A DNA stretch of 64,000 nt. Source: Gemmataceae bacterium. GTDB lineage: Bacteria; Planctomycetota; Planctomycetia; Gemmatales; Gemmataceae. The notes beneath the pieces were generated by a model. It was not told the origin of the DNA. It made no database searches and saw only the letters and a list, made by a program, of their open reading frames with translations. Made by a program: the position numbers and the translations under genes. Position 1 is the stretch's first letter; every line of letters begins with the position of its first letter. The DNA lies in the NCBI GenBank assembly GCA_035266225.1, contig DATFNV010000336.1, forward strand, positions 134-64,133, given 5' to 3'. Shown piece by piece: positions 60,965 through 64,000 of this stretch.

Positions 60965-62221
60965 TCATGGGCTGGTGCCGCTGGCCGTGCGCGTCGAGGA
61001 CGAGTTGCATTGCCCGTAGTAATCGACGAGCTTATCTTGCAGGTACTTGTAGGCCCGCTCGCTGCCCGGGGTGGCGGGGGCGAACTTCAGGCCGTTGCCG
61101 CTCATGTTCTTGACGAGTTCGGCGACGGTCTTGCCCCTGGCGGCGAGCTTGCCGTTGACGTAGTCTGTGGCGTCGGGGCCCGAGAGCGCCCTGACCGCCT
61201 TGGTGAGCATCTGCAAGTAGTTCTTGGCTTCGATGTACTGCGACGGCGTCATCTCGCCGATCTGCGCGCCGAGCGTTTCGGTCATCTTGTTCAGGTCGTC
61301 CTGGAGGTTCTTCAGCAGACCCGAGGTGACGGGACCGTTGCCGGCCTGGCTAATGGCCCGATCGAGGTTGCGCGCGACCGCCTGGCAATCCTCGGTGAAC
61401 TCGGACCCCGTCAGCCCGAGCGGCCAGGTGAGCCGGTCGCTCTTGAGCAGGCCGGGGTTGGCGCCGGCGCCCCCGGTGACGTTGATCAGTTTCAGCATTT
61501 CTTCGCTGAGAGTAACGGGCTCTCCGCGGGCCGGCGTCTGCTTGAGGCTGTCGAGGAGGATGTTGAGCGAGATACCGTCGAGGACTTCACCCCCCGGGGC
61601 ATTGAGGGCGGCGCGGACGTTCAGCTTGCGCTGGCGCTCCATGTCGTCCAGCCAGGTGGGGGTGTTGGCGCGCTCGTAGAGGAACTCGTCGAAGGCCTTG
61701 CGGCGATTGTCGAGGTGGGCCGACTTGACCTGCTCGCGGAGCACGTTGGCTTGCTGGTTGTTGATGCGGAACCTGCCGTCGGCGTTGATGACGCTGGCCG
61801 CCCCCTGGAGGAAGCCGCTGTACGGGTCGTAGGAGGGATAGTACGAACTCCCGTAGCCCGTGTCCGAGTAGCCGGGGCTGTAGCCGGGACTGTAGCCGGG
61901 GCTGGTGGCCGCCGCGGGGTTGTTCATGATCGTGCCGGCGCCGTAGTAGGGGCCGTACGGCGTGTACGGCGTGTACGGCGTGTTGACGATCTGCGGATAG
62001 GGGTTGTAGCCCAGGGCGTAGGGCGGCACCTGGGACATCGCCCGGCCATAAAGGGCGATGTTGAAGGCGGCCTGGCGCGAGAGGCCATACGGGTCGTAGT
62101 AGTTGTAGGGGTTCAAGGTGCCGCCGACACCCGGGGGGCGTCCGTGAGCCGGCGCGGCCAGCACCAGGACCAGCAAGGCGACGCCGAAGGCCGCCAGGGT
62201 CAACCGTTTCACGCTGCACAT
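60965..62221 (-). CDS. secreted hypothetical protein with a Tyr/Pro/Gly-rich low-complexity N-terminal region
   Basis: ATG 62221 (MCSVKRLTLAAFGVALLVLVLAAPAHG...). Contains TPYTPYTPYGPYYG and PGYSPGYSPGYS repeats, followed by a helical C-terminal domain. Confidence 0.65.
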   Translation of the reverse strand: MCSVKRLTLAAFGVALLVLVLAAPAHGRPPGVGGTLNPYNYYDPYGLSRQAAFNIALYGRAMSQVPPYALGYNPYPQIVNTPYTPYTPYGPYYGAGTIMNNPAAATSPGYSPGYSPGYSDTGYGSSYYPSYDPYSGFLQGAASVINADGRFRINNQQANVLREQVKSAHLDNRRKAFDEFLYERANTPTWLDDMERQRKLNVRAALNAPGGEVLDGISLNILLDSLKQTPARGEPVTLSEEMLKLINVTGGAGANPGLLKSDRLTWPLGLTGSEFTEDCQAVARNLDRAISQAGNGPVTSGLLKNLQDDLNKMTETLGAQIGEMTPSQYIEAKNYLQMLTKAVRALSGPDATDYVNGKLAARGKTVAELVKNMSGNGLKFAPATPGSERAYKYLQDKLVDYYGQCNSSSTRTASGTSP

Positions 62222-62790
62222 GCGACGGACCTCCCGGAACAGGGGACGAAACTTAACGATCCTTCTTGCGGACCGAACCCCGGGCGCCCGGGGATGGAGT
62301 TGCGACCCCACCAAGGACGGGATAGACTCTGCTATCGTCATCCTATGCAGCCCCGTCCTCCAAAGCAAGCAAGTTCAGCGCCCCTTTCTTCGCCCCCGCT
62401 CCCTCGGGCGCCCGGCGCCGTCCCGGCGGCGCGGGGACGGGCGAATGGAGACGATTTCGCCAAAATCTCCAGCGAATCGGCGCCGAGCCGGCGTACAATG
62501 AGTAAGGCGTCGGGTCGGGCCGGGCCGGGCCGGCGCAGGCGCGCGGAAAAATGGGCAACCCCACCCTTGGTTTACGCGCGTATAATAGTAACATACTAAA
62601 GCCGCTTCAGAGGCCTCACGGCACATCCCCGGCGCAGAGAAGGGTGGGGCGAGTGGTGGGGCGCCCTCACTTGATGATCGTGGCTCGCGCTTGCCGATGC
62701 CGTCGGACCCGCTCAGGGCACCGGCGGCAGTGATTTTTTACGCCCCCCCTGAAGAGGCCCCGTGATCGACGAGACCAACAGGACCGACTG

Positions 62791-64000
62791 ATGAGACGGA
62801 CTAGCAATAAAGCCGCTGGAAAGGACGTCCGGCCGGAACAACCCCTGGCTTCGCCGCTTCGCCTTCCCCCCGAGGACGAGAAGCGGACGTCCGCGCTGTG
62901 GGACGATTCCCCTTCCTCCTTCGGCCAGGAAGAGGTTGCGCCCGCGGAGCTGGACGAGGAGGCGCCGGCCGCCCTGGAAGGACATGAGGAAGAGAACGCC
63001 CCCGACGACGCCCTGGGCCTCTACCTGCGGCAAATGGGAGCCATTCCGCTGCTGACCCGCGAGCAGGAGTTGGCCCTTGCCCAGCGCCTCGAACAGAAGC
63101 GCAACCGCTACCGCCGGGCCGCCCTCCTCAACTGGCGCACCCTGCGCAAGGTCGTCGAGACCTTCCAGCGCATCCAGGCCGGGCAGCTGCCGATCGACCC
63201 GAACATCGACGTGGTCACGACGCTCAACCTGAGCCGCGACAAGATTCTCGCGCGCATGCCGCACAATCTCGGCACGCTCCAGCCTCTGCTCGACAAGTCC
63301 GAGACGAAGTTCACTGAGTTCCTGCGCGAGCGCACCAGCGTGCGCCGCGGCCGGATGCGCCGCGAGTTGTGGCTCCTCCTCACCAAGTCCGTGAAGCTGG
63401 CCGAGGAACTGTCGCCGCGCATTGAGCTGCTCGACAAGTGGACCGACGAGCTAGTCGAGGTGTCCAAGAAGATGAACGGCTTGGACGAGGCCATCGACGT
63501 CGGCGACCGCACCGCCGCCGACCGCGAGCGCTCCACGCGGCTGAACAAGGAGTTGCGCGACCTGATGCACCTGGTGCAGACGACGCCGGAAGACCTCAAG
63601 CAGATGGTGGTCGTCCTGCTCAAGCGGCGCAAGCACTACCAGCAGGCGCGGCGCGAACTGGCCGAGGGGAATCTGCGGCTGGTGGTGTCGATCGCCAAGC
63701 GCTATCGCGGTCGTGGACTGCCGTTCTCGGACCTGATCCAGGAAGGGAACCGCGGCCTGATGCGGGCGGTGGACAAGTACGAGCACCGGCTCGGCTTCAA
63801 ATTCGGCACCTACGCGACGTGGTGGATCCGTCAAGGCATCACCCGGGCCCTGGCCGACCACGCCCGCACCGTGCGCGTGCCGTGTCACCAGGTCGGGACG
63901 CTGGCGGCGATCGAACGCGTCCGCGGTGAGCTTTCGGTGGCCAACGGCCGAGAGCCGAGTGTGGAAGAGATCGCGGCGGCGCTGGGCGTATCGACTGAGG
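62791..64000 (+). CDS. rpoD: RNA polymerase sigma-70 factor, RpoD type; 3' end beyond the window
   Basis: Not in the ORF track (open at the edge). My translation from ATG 62791 gives an acidic N-terminus, region 1.2 [25 protein letters not shown], and region 2 [71 protein letters not shown]. Confidence 0.8.
   Translation, partial: MRRTSNKAAGKDVRPEQPLASPLRLPPEDEKRTSALWDDSPSSFGQEEVAPAELDEEAPAALEGHEEENAPDDALGLYLRQMGAIPLLTREQELALAQRLEQKRNRYRRAALLNWRTLRKVVETFQRIQAGQLPIDPNIDVVTTLNLSRDKILARMPHNLGTLQPLLDKSETKFTEFLRERTSVRRGRMRRELWLLLTKSVKLAEELSPRIELLDKWTDELVEVSKKMNGLDEAIDVGDRTAADRERSTRLNKELRDLMHLVQTTPEDLKQMVVVLLKRRKHYQQARRELAEGNLRLVVSIAKRYRGRGLPFSDLIQEGNRGLMRAVDKYEHRLGFKFGTYATWWIRQGITRALADHARTVRVPCHQVGTLAAIERVRGELSVANGREPSVEEIAAALGVSTE

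Noticed and set aside
62581-62586. TATAAT hexamer as an annotated rpoD promoter; likewise TTATGT-N17-GATAAT at 25123-25151 upstream of cysI.
   Set aside because: The -35 matches are poor or absent, so I do not think hexamer matching alone justifies calling either a feature.

Overview
This is a high-GC (roughly 68-70% by eye) bacterial chromosomal segment. By inference it is most consistent with Planctomycetota (Gemmataceae-like): it has a DUF1559 pseudopilin-type protein, many secreted repeat proteins (CHAT-TPR, PQQ propeller, HEAT, PD40), weak Shine-Dalgarno usage and very long GC-artefact antisense ORFs. All family names come from motifs I recognise in the translated ORFs. No searches were run.

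Layout:
(1) 1-15.4 kb, minus strand. One long cobalamin operon runs cbiL-cobA-cbiX-cobO-cobQ-cobD-cobS-cbiA-hyp-chlI/D fusion-cobN. It is preceded by two tiny membrane-peptide ORFs and a clear cobalamin riboswitch.
(2) 15.4-33 kb, mixed genes. These are a serine hydrolase, a secreted CHAT-TPR protein, a di-haem cytochrome c, a GNAT protein, a FIST protein, an orphan 181-aa protein, sulfite reductase CysI with a novel C-terminal extension plus DUF1499, a decayed toxin-antitoxin patch, DUF1559, HEAT and PQQ-propeller proteins, and a zinc-ribbon membrane protein.
(3) 33.2-49.8 kb. A complete 14-gene nuoA-N operon is interrupted by a low-GC DUF433/DUF5615 toxin-antitoxin pair (between nuoE and nuoF) and a lipoprotein gene (between nuoF and nuoG).
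(4) 49.8-64 kb. APH-like kinase, pstB-phoU-phoB, BON protein, membrane and hypothetical proteins, PD40 propeller, B12-binding radical SAM, mutM, a HAMP histidine kinase with a CxxCH motif, a Tyr/Pro/Gly-rich secreted protein, and the start of an rpoD-type sigma factor.

The most unusual signal is non-genic. At least 21 loci (about 1.4 kb by my coordinates) carry mosaic palindromic and heptamer repeat elements:
- One has a 14-nt target-site duplication that splits the nuoD/nuoE overlap.
- One sits in frame inside cobN.
- Several donate stop codons or terminal residues to genes.

No rRNA, tRNA, CRISPR array, transposase or integrase was seen.
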